From: Basidiobolus meristosporus CBS 931.73
Lineage: Eukaryota; Fungi; Basidiobolomycota
DNA length: 64,000 nt
Assembly (NCBI GenBank): GCA_002104905.1
Contig: MCFE01000171.1
Location: forward strand, 79,809-143,808
Reading direction: 5' to 3'
In this document: piece after piece, positions 52,399-64,000 of the stretch
Layout of the letters: the number at the start of each line of letters is the position of its first letter
How positions within the stretch are numbered: position 1 is the first letter of the stretch
Notes under the pieces: generated by a model
Told to the model about the DNA's origin: nothing
What the model saw: only the letters and a program-made list of their open reading frames with translations
The model's database searches: none
Program-made: the position numbers and the translations under genes

Positions 52399-53002
52399 AA
52401 TATCTTTGTTGCAAAGAAGGCACTCAAATTACTCAATGTTGCAGCCATAAATTCAGCCATTACCCTGTGTAATAGTAAAGATATATCTTACAGTATTTGA
52501 AGCACAAAACAGTGCCCAAAGACAAAACCCACTGAAGTTCCTATCACAGCATAGGAGGGAGAAACTGTGGTTTTTATACCAAAGCTGCAAAATCCAAAGA
52601 CATTTAAGATTTGTGAAGGTGTTGAGTGCAATGATGAAGAGTGGGCTTATATTCAAGAGGCTCTACAAAGTCTGTTCCACCATCACCTTAAGGCTGGCAT
52701 ACTATGGGACCATCAGGAACATAAGGCAAAGCAGAATGTGCTTGACTTATTCCATGAGCATTATTCTGGAATCAAACAAGCAAATAGATTTTGGGCCAGC
52801 ATTGATACACTTAGATAGTAGACTTGTTCTGTTGGATAGTGCAACATAGTGCCAGCCTGTTTATAGTGCCAGATCAATCCAGCACCCTAAGGCACTATCT
52901 GGCACTATAATTTCTACCATGATGCCAGTGGTATGATACAGTTACTGGTAATTTTACTCAATCTTACTTATGTTGCTCAGAATAGTGCTTTACTTGCCTT
53001 AT

Positions 53003-53887
53003 TTACTCTTCAAAATGCTCCAGACACATTTCTCTCAATGGATGTCTTCTTGTATGAGCATACTGTGCATTAATAAGTATCTTAACTATTTTACCTATTC
53101 AGCTGTTTTCACCTATATATGACTTTCCTCTGCATTTACCTGCCAATATGCTGAATCTCTTCAGATATCCAAATGTGTGCTCTACCCTCACTCTGAAATG
53201 ATTAAATATCTCATTGTAGAGCTTCTGCTTCCTGCTAAGCACACCATTGCTTGGCTTCCTATACGCTGTAATACATCCTAATCTCTGACAATCCTCTCCT
53301 GTATAGGCTAAGTCTGCCATACATTTCTCCCCTCTACAGAATTCAGGATGATTCTCTACCCAGAGTGCTTAGTCATGCCTATTTCAAGCAAATGGCCCAC
53401 TAAACCAGATGATGTTACCCTCAATGTCAGACAGTGCTTGAAACTTCACACAGTGTGCCTTGTACTTGCCTGAATAAAAGTGCCTCTGCCCTCTAGAAGT
53501 TCTGTTAATCCTCACTGGGAAGGTACCCAAAATACTCCTGATATGGAACCTGTTGCTGAACACTCTGGGATATGGAGGTCTATTGGAGCTTCTGAACCTA
53601 GTATTCTGAGCTTGCTCTAAGTCATTCATACACTCTGCAAGGTGGTTCTCCATTGCTGTCAGCTGGGAATGACAGCTTCTAGGACATTTGTTACCATGGA
53701 TGGTGGGATGAAACCTTGTAGGGCAATAGTTCTTGTAATAGCAGAGAAGCTTGACAAGGGTTCTCCTTGAGTAGATTGGGGTTGATGGTCCGCAGTACTT
53801 GGAATAGATCTCCTCTAGTGTGTCAAAAGGAAATTCAGTGGTAGTGATGGGATTGGTGAGAAAAGACCATTCAGATGAGTAAGTCAT
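53003..53887 (-). pseudogene. H4 transposase with two nonsense codons
   Basis: Same 885-nt length as H2; GPFA* and GENS* stops. Confidence 0.88.
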
Positions 53888-54246
53888 ATTAAAATTGGTG
53901 GATGATTGGATGGAGGCAGTTTGAATCAATTTAGCACAATCTGCGTTATTTATCTGATTTTTAATGTATTATGATTAAATCTTCATCAATTGCCATGGAT
54001 CTTATTGTTATGTTGCAAAAATCATCCGCAAACAATGCCTTGGTACTTTTGGTGATGCTTTACTCATAGGTCTATAATCAAATAGGAAATCTGCAATTGA
54101 TGTGATCTGATCCATGTCAATGCAATCCAAGATGCATCATGCATAATATACGGAAAATTTAACAATCACATTAGTTTTCATATATATTTCATATAAGACA
54201 AGGTTGATGCCAATATACTGCTGTATAAGTTTCCAAATCTGTTGCT

Positions 54247-55496
54247 ATGGTCCCCATACCAAGTCTCAACTCATCTTTAGTACAGCCCAGACACAACCCA
54301 TCCCCCAGCTCACAAGCATGGTCTGGACCGGAAAAGTTAATGTTGGATCTGTTTGAGTTCTTGCCAAATTATATTAGTATGGCCCAAGTGTCTATGATGA
54401 GCCTTCACACAGATATTTGGGCACTACTGATTAATCTAGCAGAAATAGATACCTCAGAGAGTTGACAAAGATGGAAGAATCTGAGTAGAAAGCTGTGGCA
54501 TGAGTTCCACATCAAGATGCCAGCCAATGTATGTAAGAAGATATATAACAAGACAAGTATTGAAATCAAGAATGCGCTGACAGTGAGGGGATTTGATGAA
54601 GAAGCCATGCAGGAACAATTTCACATGCAATTTGCATGGTACGGGACAGACACGTCCATTTGTGCCTCAACTTTGGGAACCAAAGAGATTTTGTATGAGT
54701 TTTTGCCTGAAATGACTAATGTACTACGTGATATAATAGTAGAGCTAAGTGGCTTCCAAGAGCAATATACACAGGACTCATCCAGGCAACAGCTTCAGAG
54801 TATCAGATAGAGGCTAAGTGAATACCTTGACAAATCATATGGTGAGCTTCAGGAGGAAGAATACAGACCGCAAGCAACATTGTCCTGATGGTGTCAGCAT
54901 GCCTTGCTGAATTCCTTACCATCTCTTTCAACTACAGCATGCCAGTGCACGTCAGTCCAGACTATGCCAACACCTGTTACCAGAACGCCCCACATTGGGT
55001 CAACATGCGTCAGGTCAATGCACACACTTCAGAGCAAAACTACCAGAACTTGCCAAACTGCTCATTTACACACATAAGTCCATTGGAGCAGACCAAGTTA
55101 TGTTAACATGCAGCATCACATCAAACTCAGCCAAGGGCCATCTCAACACGTCAAGTTGCACCTGCATGTGCCTTTTTGCCTGACCATCAGCAAGCTACTT
55201 CTGGTGAACTGACTGATGAAGACCAACATGAAGTGCCTCAACCACTAGAGCCCTTGGCAAGTAAAATTACACATCAGCGCATGGGACTCCAGGCAGGTTC
55301 AGTTGGTTCAGGTGGAGCAATTCAGCATGGCCAAGCTGCAGCATTGCACTCATCAACTAGGAGGCAAAATACTGACTACTAATACACAAGTAGCCAAGAT
55401 GATAGTCAGCCAGGAAGTAGTATAGGTGTGCAAAGTGAGTCACTTCCAAATGCTTCAGTAATAATCCCTGTGAGAAAGAAACCCAGGAGAAGATAA
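54247..55496 (+). pseudogene. H4 ORF2 (no LTR insertions; stops and indels)
   Basis: Colinear with reconstructed H2 ORF2 from MVPIPS to PVRKKPRRR*. Confidence 0.82.
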
Positions 55497-56006
55497 TGCA
55501 ATTGCTTTGAATTGCTATTATTTGTAAAGATCCCATCATCCCATTTTTTTTGCAATCCAAATTGAGCCATTGCAAATCAGTGATCATCAAATTTTTGATA
55601 TAAGTAATATCAAGGTTGTCTCACATCTGAGACTGAACCCCTATAAATAAACACCCTGCATATATATATCATCTGTAATACCAGTGCAGCTATTGGATCT
55701 GTGTTGCACCTACCTGATTGCTTGCGTGCTAGTTATGACACCTTGTCCAATCACTAGGATCAGGGATTTACTTGCTCAATGGGCAAAATGGGATATTTGT
55801 CAGCAAATCACGTAGCTTGTTTAGTAATCAATGAGCCAATTGGGGGCTGCCAGCTTCAGGATACTTTTGACCCAATTAACCACTGCGATACCGTCCAATT
55901 GGAGTGATGGTAACCAAAATGGTAAGTTTCAGTATAGTTTATAGTGTGATACACATTTATTTCCATTTACATTAGAGAAACATATCCAAATACTGTATTT
56001 TACCTA

Positions 56007-56497
56007 CCATATTCGCAATATCCACCTGTCCATGTGATGCAAACATTACAAGCTGGCACAATCATCTGTACCAACCTCATTGTGTAAGATTGTGCAATAA
56101 TGTGTGAGAACATCCCACATGGTGCAAAATTGTACAAGAGCAATTCTGCCTACTGGTAGCTATAATATTGTGCCTGATTGTTCTTAGAGACTGCAGATTG
56201 CGCCACTTGCCCTGGCACAGTACAATAGAACAAGTCTAATGCTTTTATATTACTTTTCTGTCAGTACCAATGCAATGTTAGAACAATCTTGTATTTGCAA
56301 CATTGCACCTGATAAGCCATTATAGTAAAAACTTCTATTTTACCAGATTCTTAGGTGTTCCAAGTGTCTCCAAAGGCATATGGGTGTCTTTTGCACTATC
56401 CCAAAAAGCTCGTTGATGACAGGTCAGAGGAGTAACTGCTGATAGTAGGTGCAGCAAGTAATAGCTAATCAATAGAGGGAAAATGTTACTGATAGTA
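56007..56497. repeat. Near-identical duplicate of 50401-50889 (H3 left end plus ~260 bp of its flank)
   Basis: Direct alignment including sequence beyond the TIR. Confidence 0.88.
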
Positions 56498-56807
56498 GGG
56501 AACAAGTTGCAAACCTGTCCAAGAACAATCCTGCTTTCTAGTAGCTACAATATTGCACCCAATTGTTCTTTACAACCACGGATGGTGCTGCATGCCCTGG
56601 CACAGTACAATGGAACAATTCTAGTATCTCTGGACAAACATTAACTATCAAAGGCTGAAGAACAAGGGTACCATGACAAAAACCAGTGGCTTCCTCCTGA
56701 GCCTATTGAAGTAGGGGGGAGAACTCTAAAGCAGCATCAAAGAAACATCTGGTAGCTAGAAGAGTGCCAATAAGGGACAAGCTGAAAGACAGATGTACCA
56801 GCACAAC

Positions 56808-57357
56808 ACTTTTAATATACCAACTTGTTGACTAGTGTGATCACTGCTACCTGTTGCTATCTGAGCTTCCAACCCCAGATCACAGGACACTCCCAGGAAA
56901 CCACACTGACAGCCAACAGACCTTGGAAGCACTACTTGTGAGGAATACTCAGAGAATGTATCTTTTATTATATTTGATTTGTTCCCAAGTTTGTTCTTGT
57001 ACAGGCAATGATACTTTTCTGTCTTTGTAACTATTGACCACAACTGCATTCTTATCAAGTCCCTGCTGGTGGAGTTTACAATTCCTTTGGCTTTGGAATC
57101 TTAGTACACTGTCATCTCAAAGGATACTAAACCCAGCACATACTTTGTTAGGAGGCCAACTAAGTTGGGGATTGTAGCTCAATAGTTTTCCCTTGACAAG
57201 CATGTGGCTTAATTCCCCATCACATTAGATTAGAGACAGAACCCAAGTATTCCTAGCAATCTTTTGCCAGAGGTTATTGCACCCAGTGAATGCCCCACAC
57301 AAAAAACACTTGGGAAGTGTTGCACATATCTCACCCTTGGACCTATACACCACCACA
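56808..57357 (+). repeat. 5'-truncated LTR family 5
   Basis: Matches 3' half of 40896-41966, ends CACCACCACA; start approximate. Confidence 0.85.
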
Positions 57358-59403
57358 CTGTAAGCCTGGAACAAACTGAATCCCAGAATAGCCAAGAATA
57401 ATTACCTACAAGAAAACAGCTGTTTTCACTAAAGTTGGAAGCACAGCTAGTTGAACTACACTCTAGCAAGGTAAATCAGTGTGTAAAGAAAGGCAAGGTG
57501 TCTATTGCAGCCTCAACTTCCTCCATTGTTGACAGAGTGAAGATCGCACTGACAGACAAGGCTATAACATCAAGAACTCAAAAGACAATCCAAAGACCTC
57601 AGTGCAATTTTGGACATTAATAGGCACATCAAGAGGTTGCAGCACTTCTTCAAGAGCAGTGCTCAAGAAAGTGCACTCAAATATTGCAAGGATTTCTTGC
57701 AAAGACTGGAAGATGAGGTGCTATACCCTGCAGTGCCAGCTGAAGACCAGGATGTGTGGGAACCAGTGAATGAACAGTGGCATAAGACATTGGGTTCCAG
57801 CTGGATTGATGGAAACAGAGTGTAACAGCCAAAATACTTATTGAGTGAAGGATTTTAATGGAGTTACTTTTTGAGTGTGAGGTTGCACATAATGTTAGTG
57901 TAGGGTATAATGACTTGTATAGGTTAATAGAACTGGTAATTGAGATACAACAGAAATTTTGATGGAAATGAACCAATGAGTATGCATAAAAAGTAACAAA
58001 ATTGGCTGAATCAGGTGTTACAAAGTTAGAAAAAAATCTAATAGCCAACCAATAGAACAGATGTCAAAGGTGATCCTGGATCTGTGATCTGAATGTGAGA
58101 CATTTGGCCAAGAACCTGTTGCAATTTAAGAAGTGATTTGGATACAAAGAACTAATAGCTGAACTGTTGTTTATACATAAAGTTGATCAGTATATATACC
58201 TTTGTAGAGGTAATACAGCTAAGCTGTAACACTGAGTAAGGAGGGTTTCTTAACATTCAGGAGCATTCTGTAACAGTTTCAGGGTAAGTACATAATAGAC
58301 TTGTTCCGTTGGATAGTGCCACATAGTGCCAGCCTGTTTATGGTGCCAGATTGATCTGGCACTATATGGCACTATCTGGCACTATAATTTCTACCATGAT
58401 GCCAGTGGTATGATATAGTTACTGGTAATTTTACTCAATCTTACTTATGTTGCTCAGAATAGTGCTTTCCTTGCTTTATTTACTCTTCATAATGCTCCAG
58501 ACACATTTCTCTCAGTGGATGTCTTCTTGTATGAGCATACTGTGCATTAATAAGAATCTTAACTATTTTACCCATTGAGCTGTTTTCACCTATATATGAC
58601 TTTCCTCTGTATTTACCTGCCAATATGCTGAATCTCTTCAGATATCCAAATGTGTGCTCTACCCTCACTCTGAAATGATTAAATATCTCATTGTAGAGCT
58701 TCTGCTTCCTGCTAAGCACACCATTGCTTGGCTTCCTATACGCTGTAATACATCCTAATCTCTGACAATCCTCTCCTGTATAGGCTAAGTCTGCCATACA
58801 TTTCTCCCCTCTACAGAATTCAGGATGATTCTCTACCCAGAGTGCTTAGTCATGCCTATTTCAAGCAAATGGCCCACTAAACCAGATGATGTTACCCTCA
58901 ATGTCAGACAGTGCTTGAAACTTCACACAGTGTGCCTTGTACTTGCCTGAATAAAAGTGCCACTGCCCTCTAGAAGTTCTGTTAATCCTCACTGGGAAGG
59001 TATCCAAAATACTCTTGATATGGAACCTGTTGCTGTGTTATGATCTGCCGCTTGAATGTTTAAGTTAGATCAGTTTTAGTCAAATCAATTAGTATATGTT
59101 TAGGTTATCAGTATATCAGGTTTATCTATGAAATCAGTAGCATTAGTCAGCAAATGAATCAGCAGATCCTTATCAGACAGAAATAGATATATTAAGTAGG
59201 ATCTTATTGGGTGATGATGATGCAATCAAATGAGTCATCAGCCACAACCTACATTAGGAATTACAATTAGTCAGCAATTGATCTGGCAAAATGTATATAA
59301 GGAGCTGCTGGAACCTCAATAAAAATCAGTTCAAGTTTTAGTGAATACAATACTAGCTAAACTCCCTATTCCTCTACAACTCTAATACCAAGACTTGTAA
59401 CAT

Positions 59404-59414
59404 TGGTAGCAGCG
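59404..59414 (+). promoter_or_regulatory. gypsy PBS, probably complementary to the 3' end of tRNA-iMet
   Basis: TGG-T-AGCAGCG implies a tRNA ending CGCTGCT-A-CCA, i.e. an A1:U72 acceptor stem typical of initiator tRNA. Confidence 0.7.
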
Positions 59415-59460
59415 ATAACCAGAAACCTCCCTCCTGAAGAAAGAAGAAACCACCCTCAAG

Positions 59461-62400
59461 ATGTCGGACAATCAAGAATGGAAGAATGCCATGCAGCAAA
59501 TCCTGGCCCAACAGCAACAGTTACTCCAGATCCTCAGCCAACAGCAACAAGGAATGACTACCATGGCTCAGAGTCAGCAAAGCCCTGTCAAGAGCAACTT
59601 TAGTGTGAAAGTCAACCGGTACCATGGCAGAGTCAATGAAAACCTGGGAACTTGGCTCTTTCAGATTGAAGAAGCTTTTAAAGCTAAAGGAATTGCTCCA
59701 GAAAGCAAGTTGCATTATGCAGCTTCTTACCTGGCAGATGCAGCTTTACAGTGGTACCACAACAAGATCAGGTCAGCCACTATGGTGGGATGCTCTACAA
59801 TCTCTACCTGGGATGAGTTTGTGTCGGAAATTCAGGATGCTTTTGAACCTCCACACCAGCAGACACTACTAAGAAGGAAGTTAAAGACACTCAGACAGAA
59901 AGGAATGGTGCAAGAATACATCTATGAGTACAGATGTCTACTTGGACAAATTGAAAGAATGGACCCCTTGGATCAAGTTGAATACTTTATTGATGGGTTG
60001 AAAGAAAGTACTCGCAAGGAAGTCAATTACCAAAGACCTCAGACTATTGAAGAAGCCATCAAGATTGCCATTGACTATGACTCAGCTATGTTTGGAGTTG
60101 GGAAGCCTACAGTGACTAATCAGAAAGGCTATAATCATTATGAAAGAAGACAATCAGAAGTAGTACCAATGGAAATAGACGCTATGCAGAAGAATCCCTC
60201 CTCAGAAGAATGCAAGAAGAGAGGACTTTGCTTCAATTGCCACCAGCAGGGACATATTGCAAAGTACTGCCCTCAGAGAAGAAATGGACACCAGCCAACA
60301 AGAACCTTCAACCATATTGAGTCCCATGAGCACAGTAATGTGGACGATGAGCTTGAAGAAGACTTGGAACTCACCTTCCATATGACAGAAGAGTACTTGT
60401 CCCAAATGACTTCGAACTCAGGGAAGTTATTGTACTTGAATGGAGTAATCAATGGAGTACCTGCCAAGATCATGATTGACTCAGGAGCATCGCATGAGTA
60501 CATGTCAGAGCAATTTGCTTTGAAAGCTGGAATCAACTCGGAACCTACCAAATCAACTTCAGTCTCCACAGCTGATGGGAACTCCCACATAATCAACCGT
60601 ATCACCCAGCCAGTAAGAATGAAGATCAATGACGATGAAGAAGACCTACAGGCTTATATATTTGGGAACTGCAAGTTTGACCTTGTACTTGGGAAAACCT
60701 GGCTATTTTGTTGTAATCCATCAATCAACTGGAGAACCCATGCTACTCAGATCCAAAAAGACAACAAGACCTATGAGCTATTACCTGCCAGGCTGGATTT
60801 CAACTTGGTCAATTCCAGTGTGTGTGAGACAAGAGAACTTAGCAAGACCCAGTTCTGTAGAGCACTTAGAAAAGGTACCCAGATGTTCCTCATGGCGGTA
60901 TTACAGGAGGATTTCTCTACCCCAGCACCCCAGCAGGTCCAGACTCTCTTGAAGAAATATTCAGACGTGTTTCCAGATGAGCTTGTAAGCCTACCACCAG
61001 TCAGAGATGTGGATCATGCCATTGACACAGGAGATAGCCCTCCAGTGAGCAAGACACCTTACAGAATGAGTCCATTGGAATTGGAGGAAATGAAGAGACA
61101 AATTGATCAGCTATTGGAGCAAGGATACATCAGGCCCAGCAAGTCACCCTGGGGAGCACCAGTGCTTTTTGTGAAAAAGAAGGATGGAACACTTAGGATG
61201 TGCATTGACTACAGAGCCCTGAACTCAGTTACCGTCAAGAATAAGTACCCCATACCTTGGATTGATGAGCTTTTGGACCAACTTAATGGAGCCACTATTT
61301 TCAGCAAGATTGACCTCATGTCAGGATACAACCAGATTAGGGTGAAACCAGAAGATATCCCTAAGACAGCATTCAGGACCAGATATGGACATTACAAGTA
61401 CTTAGTCATGAGTTTTGGCCTCACCAATGCCCCTGCAACATTCATGACGCTGATGCAGACTGTCTTTCAGGAGTACTTAGACAAGTTTGTGATAATCTAC
61501 CTGGATGACATATTGATATACAGCAAGACAGAAAAGGATCACATGGTACACATTGAAAAGGTCTTGAAGAAACTAAGAGAGAACAAGCTATATGGCAAGC
61601 TAGCCAAGTGTGAATTCTTCAAGGAACACGTAGAATATCTGGGACACATAGTGACTAGCACAGGAGTAACCTTAGACCCCAAGAAGGTGGAAGTAATCAA
61701 GAATTTGAAGCAGCCGCATAGCATATCAGAACTCAGATCCTTCCTTGGAATGGTTTCCTATTATCGGAGATTTGTCAAGTCATTTGCAAGTATTGCAGCC
61801 CCTTTAACTGATATCCTCAAGAAAGACAATACCTACAAGTGGGACATAGCTTGTGAGACTGCCTTCCAGATGCTAAAGAATGAACTTGCTAAGTTGCCAA
61901 GCTTAAGAATACCAGACTTCAGAAAAGAGTTCACTCTATGCACAGATGCTTCAGATTATGCAATTGGTGGAGTGCTGAGCCAAGAACACGAGGGAAAGGA
62001 CTACCCTGTTGCCTTTGAATCCAAGAAACTGAACTCAGCGGAACAAAACTATCCAGTCCATGAGAAGGAGATGCTTGCTATAATACACTGTTTGAAAACA
62101 TGGAGATGCTATATTGAAGGAGTCAAATGCACTGTGAAGACTGATCATGCCTCCCTCAAGTATATATTTATTCAGAAGGTACTCTCTAGAAGAATGACAA
62201 GATGGAGTGAATACATTCAGCAATTTGACCTGGAGATTGTCTACTGTCCTGGAAAAAACAACACAGTTGCTGATGCCTTATCAAGATTAGATCAAGTTGC
62301 ACAACTCAACTTGGTGCATGAATCAGACTGGCCTAGCCTATTACCAAAGTACTTGGAGGACCAAGCCATTCCTAATGAGGTGGATGAAGATATCAAGAAG

Positions 62401-63597
62401 ATAATCCGTGATGAAGCCAGCAAATTTGTTGTACAGAATGAAACACTCTACCGAATTGTTGATGGAAGCCCTATTGCCTATTGTCCTTATGTTGCTTGCC
62501 TGGATTTAATACATAAGCTACACAATGGATATGGACATCCTGGGATTGAAGGAACCTATAGCCTTGTAAAAGCCAGAGCATGGCGGCCCAGAATGAAACA
62601 AGACATTGAGAAGCTAGTAAAAACATGCCCTAACTGCCAAATCAATCAAGGCCAGCCACAAAGAATTGCCGAACTCTTCCCTTTGGAGCCTGTAAGACCA
62701 TTTGAGAGATGGGGAATTGACTTTATTGGAAGACTGCCAACTACCAGGAAATGCAACCGTTGGATCCTAGTAGCAATTGACCATGGCACTAAATGGCCTG
62801 TTGCTAAAGCTGTACCAATAGCCAGTGAACAAGAAGTTGCAAGTTTCATTTACCATGAGATCCTGATAAAGTTTGGATGCCCTGTGGAGATCTTATCTGA
62901 TAGAGGTGCAAACTTTATGGCAAAGACATTGGAGGCTTACCTGGAAATGCAGCAGATCAGACACTTGAAAACCTCAGCATATCACCCCAGAACTAATGGA
63001 GTCACTGAGCGGTTCAATGGATTATTTGGAAAAATGCTGACCAAGTATGCAAATGGAGTTGTCAGTAGATGGGATGAGTATATAGACCAAGCACTCTTTG
63101 CATGCAGAGTCAGAGTACACAACACCACCCAGCAATCACCATTTTACTTAGTTTATGGATGTGAACCAAGGATTCCAGGAGATCTCACACAACCAAAACT
63201 TACAGACACCTTAGAAGATGGACTCAGTCAGCCAAGTAGACACCAGCAACTGGAACAAAGACGTCAAGAGGCACAGACCAAAGTATCTCAAAGCGCAGAA
63301 AAGATGAAGCAGAGATTTGATAAGACTATAGCACCAGAAGCATTGACAGTTGGGAACTTTGTATTGCTAAGAAACAACACTCGGAAGAAGTTTGAGCCAC
63401 AATGGACAGGACCATTCAAGATCATCAGAGAATGTCCATTTGCAACTTACCAACTGGTGGACAAACAAGGTAATATCCGGGAAGACTTAGTGCATAGGGA
63501 CAGACTCAAGCTTGCAAGACTTGCTGATAATACTGAACCATCAAGATATTGGTATCACAAGAAAAGAGATTCAGGAGAACCCTCTCAACTTTGGTAG
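59461..63597 (+). CDS. gypsy Gag-Pol polyprotein, single frame, 1378 aa
   Basis: Gag, [14 protein letters not shown] knuckle, MIDSGAS protease, [17 protein letters not shown] RNase H, HHCC and D-D-E integrase, GPF motif; no chromodomain seen. Confidence 0.96.
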   Translation: MSDNQEWKNAMQQILAQQQQLLQILSQQQQGMTTMAQSQQSPVKSNFSVKVNRYHGRVNENLGTWLFQIEEAFKAKGIAPESKLHYAASYLADAALQWYHNKIRSATMVGCSTISTWDEFVSEIQDAFEPPHQQTLLRRKLKTLRQKGMVQEYIYEYRCLLGQIERMDPLDQVEYFIDGLKESTRKEVNYQRPQTIEEAIKIAIDYDSAMFGVGKPTVTNQKGYNHYERRQSEVVPMEIDAMQKNPSSEECKKRGLCFNCHQQGHIAKYCPQRRNGHQPTRTFNHIESHEHSNVDDELEEDLELTFHMTEEYLSQMTSNSGKLLYLNGVINGVPAKIMIDSGASHEYMSEQFALKAGINSEPTKSTSVSTADGNSHIINRITQPVRMKINDDEEDLQAYIFGNCKFDLVLGKTWLFCCNPSINWRTHATQIQKDNKTYELLPARLDFNLVNSSVCETRELSKTQFCRALRKGTQMFLMAVLQEDFSTPAPQQVQTLLKKYSDVFPDELVSLPPVRDVDHAIDTGDSPPVSKTPYRMSPLELEEMKRQIDQLLEQGYIRPSKSPWGAPVLFVKKKDGTLRMCIDYRALNSVTVKNKYPIPWIDELLDQLNGATIFSKIDLMSGYNQIRVKPEDIPKTAFRTRYGHYKYLVMSFGLTNAPATFMTLMQTVFQEYLDKFVIIYLDDILIYSKTEKDHMVHIEKVLKKLRENKLYGKLAKCEFFKEHVEYLGHIVTSTGVTLDPKKVEVIKNLKQPHSISELRSFLGMVSYYRRFVKSFASIAAPLTDILKKDNTYKWDIACETAFQMLKNELAKLPSLRIPDFRKEFTLCTDASDYAIGGVLSQEHEGKDYPVAFESKKLNSAEQNYPVHEKEMLAIIHCLKTWRCYIEGVKCTVKTDHASLKYIFIQKVLSRRMTRWSEYIQQFDLEIVYCPGKNNTVADALSRLDQVAQLNLVHESDWPSLLPKYLEDQAIPNEVDEDIKKIIRDEASKFVVQNETLYRIVDGSPIAYCPYVACLDLIHKLHNGYGHPGIEGTYSLVKARAWRPRMKQDIEKLVKTCPNCQINQGQPQRIAELFPLEPVRPFERWGIDFIGRLPTTRKCNRWILVAIDHGTKWPVAKAVPIASEQEVASFIYHEILIKFGCPVEILSDRGANFMAKTLEAYLEMQQIRHLKTSAYHPRTNGVTERFNGLFGKMLTKYANGVVSRWDEYIDQALFACRVRVHNTTQQSPFYLVYGCEPRIPGDLTQPKLTDTLEDGLSQPSRHQQLEQRRQEAQTKVSQSAEKMKQRFDKTIAPEALTVGNFVLLRNNTRKKFEPQWTGPFKIIRECPFATYQLVDKQGNIREDLVHRDRLKLARLADNTEPSRYWYHKKRDSGEPSQLW

Positions 63598-64000
63598 GGG
63601 AGAATGTTATGATCTGCCGCTTGAATGTTTAAGTTAGATCAGTTTTAGTCAAATCAATTAGTATATGTTTAGGTTATCAGTATATCAGTATTATCTATGA
63701 AATCAGTAGCATTAGTCAGCAAATGAATCAGCAGATCCTTATCTGACAGAAATAGATATATTAAGTAGGATCTTATTGGGTGATGATGATGCAATCAAAT
63801 GAGTCATCAGCCACAACCTACATTAGGAATTACAATTAGTCAGCAATTGATCTGGCAAAATGTATATAAGGAGCTGCTGGAACCTCAATAAAAATCAGTT
63901 CAAGTTTTAGTGAATACAATACTAGCTAAACTCCCTATTCCTCTACAACTCTTGATACCAAGACTTGTAACAGCTGAACACTCTGGGATATGGAAGTCTA

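Larger units (their letters stand above)
52820..56622 (-). mobile_element. PHIS transposon copy H4, TSD AGT, with an internal duplication at its left end
   Basis: AGT at 52817-19 and 56623-25; transposase 53003-53887, ORF2 54247-55496 on plus strand. Confidence 0.88.
59036..63972 (+). mobile_element. Apparently intact Ty3/gypsy retrotransposon (4937 bp)
   Basis: LTRs 59036-59402 and 63605-63972 differing at three sites, TSD GCTG, PBS TGGTAGCAGCG at 59404, PPT GGTAGGGGAGAA. Confidence 0.97.
58297..64000 (-). mobile_element. PHIS transposon copy H5 (runs off the window), transposase split by the gypsy element
   Basis: Right TIR at 58297 with AAT flank; transposase 58480-59035 resumes at 63977. 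Confidence 0.9.

Noticed and set aside
1-64000. CRISPR arrays, rRNA or tRNA genes
   Set aside because: None seen; the only tRNA-related sequences are retrotransposon primer-binding sites

Overview
Eukaryotic (fungal, probably early-diverging; inferred from gene content and short GT-AG introns) genomic window. Bases 1-8.8 kb are a compact gene block: a Gti1/Pac2 (WOPR) transcription factor, a double-PAS protein, a glutathione S-transferase and an HRI-type eIF2-alpha kinase. From about 9 kb to 64 kb is a deeply nested transposon cluster with one small C2H2 zinc-finger gene inside it. It holds LINE and CACTA remnants, three full-span Ty1/copia elements (5-bp TSDs TACCT, AGTAC, TTTTG), several solo LTR families, and one apparently intact Ty3/gypsy element (TSD GCTG). 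Main result: five copies (H1-H5) of a ~3.4-kb two-gene PIF/Harbinger-group (PHIS) DNA transposon with AGACTTGTTCC termini and 3-bp A-N-T TSDs. It carries a nearly CpG-free DDE_Tnp_4 transposase head-to-head with a CpG-rich ~423-aa accessory ORF I cannot assign to a family. A fold-back MITE shares its termini. A 1.07-kb LTR family appears to insert at CpG-centred 4-bp sites, hitting the accessory ORF three times and creating a 2.3-kb inverted repeat. Family assignments come from motif recognition only; no searches were run.
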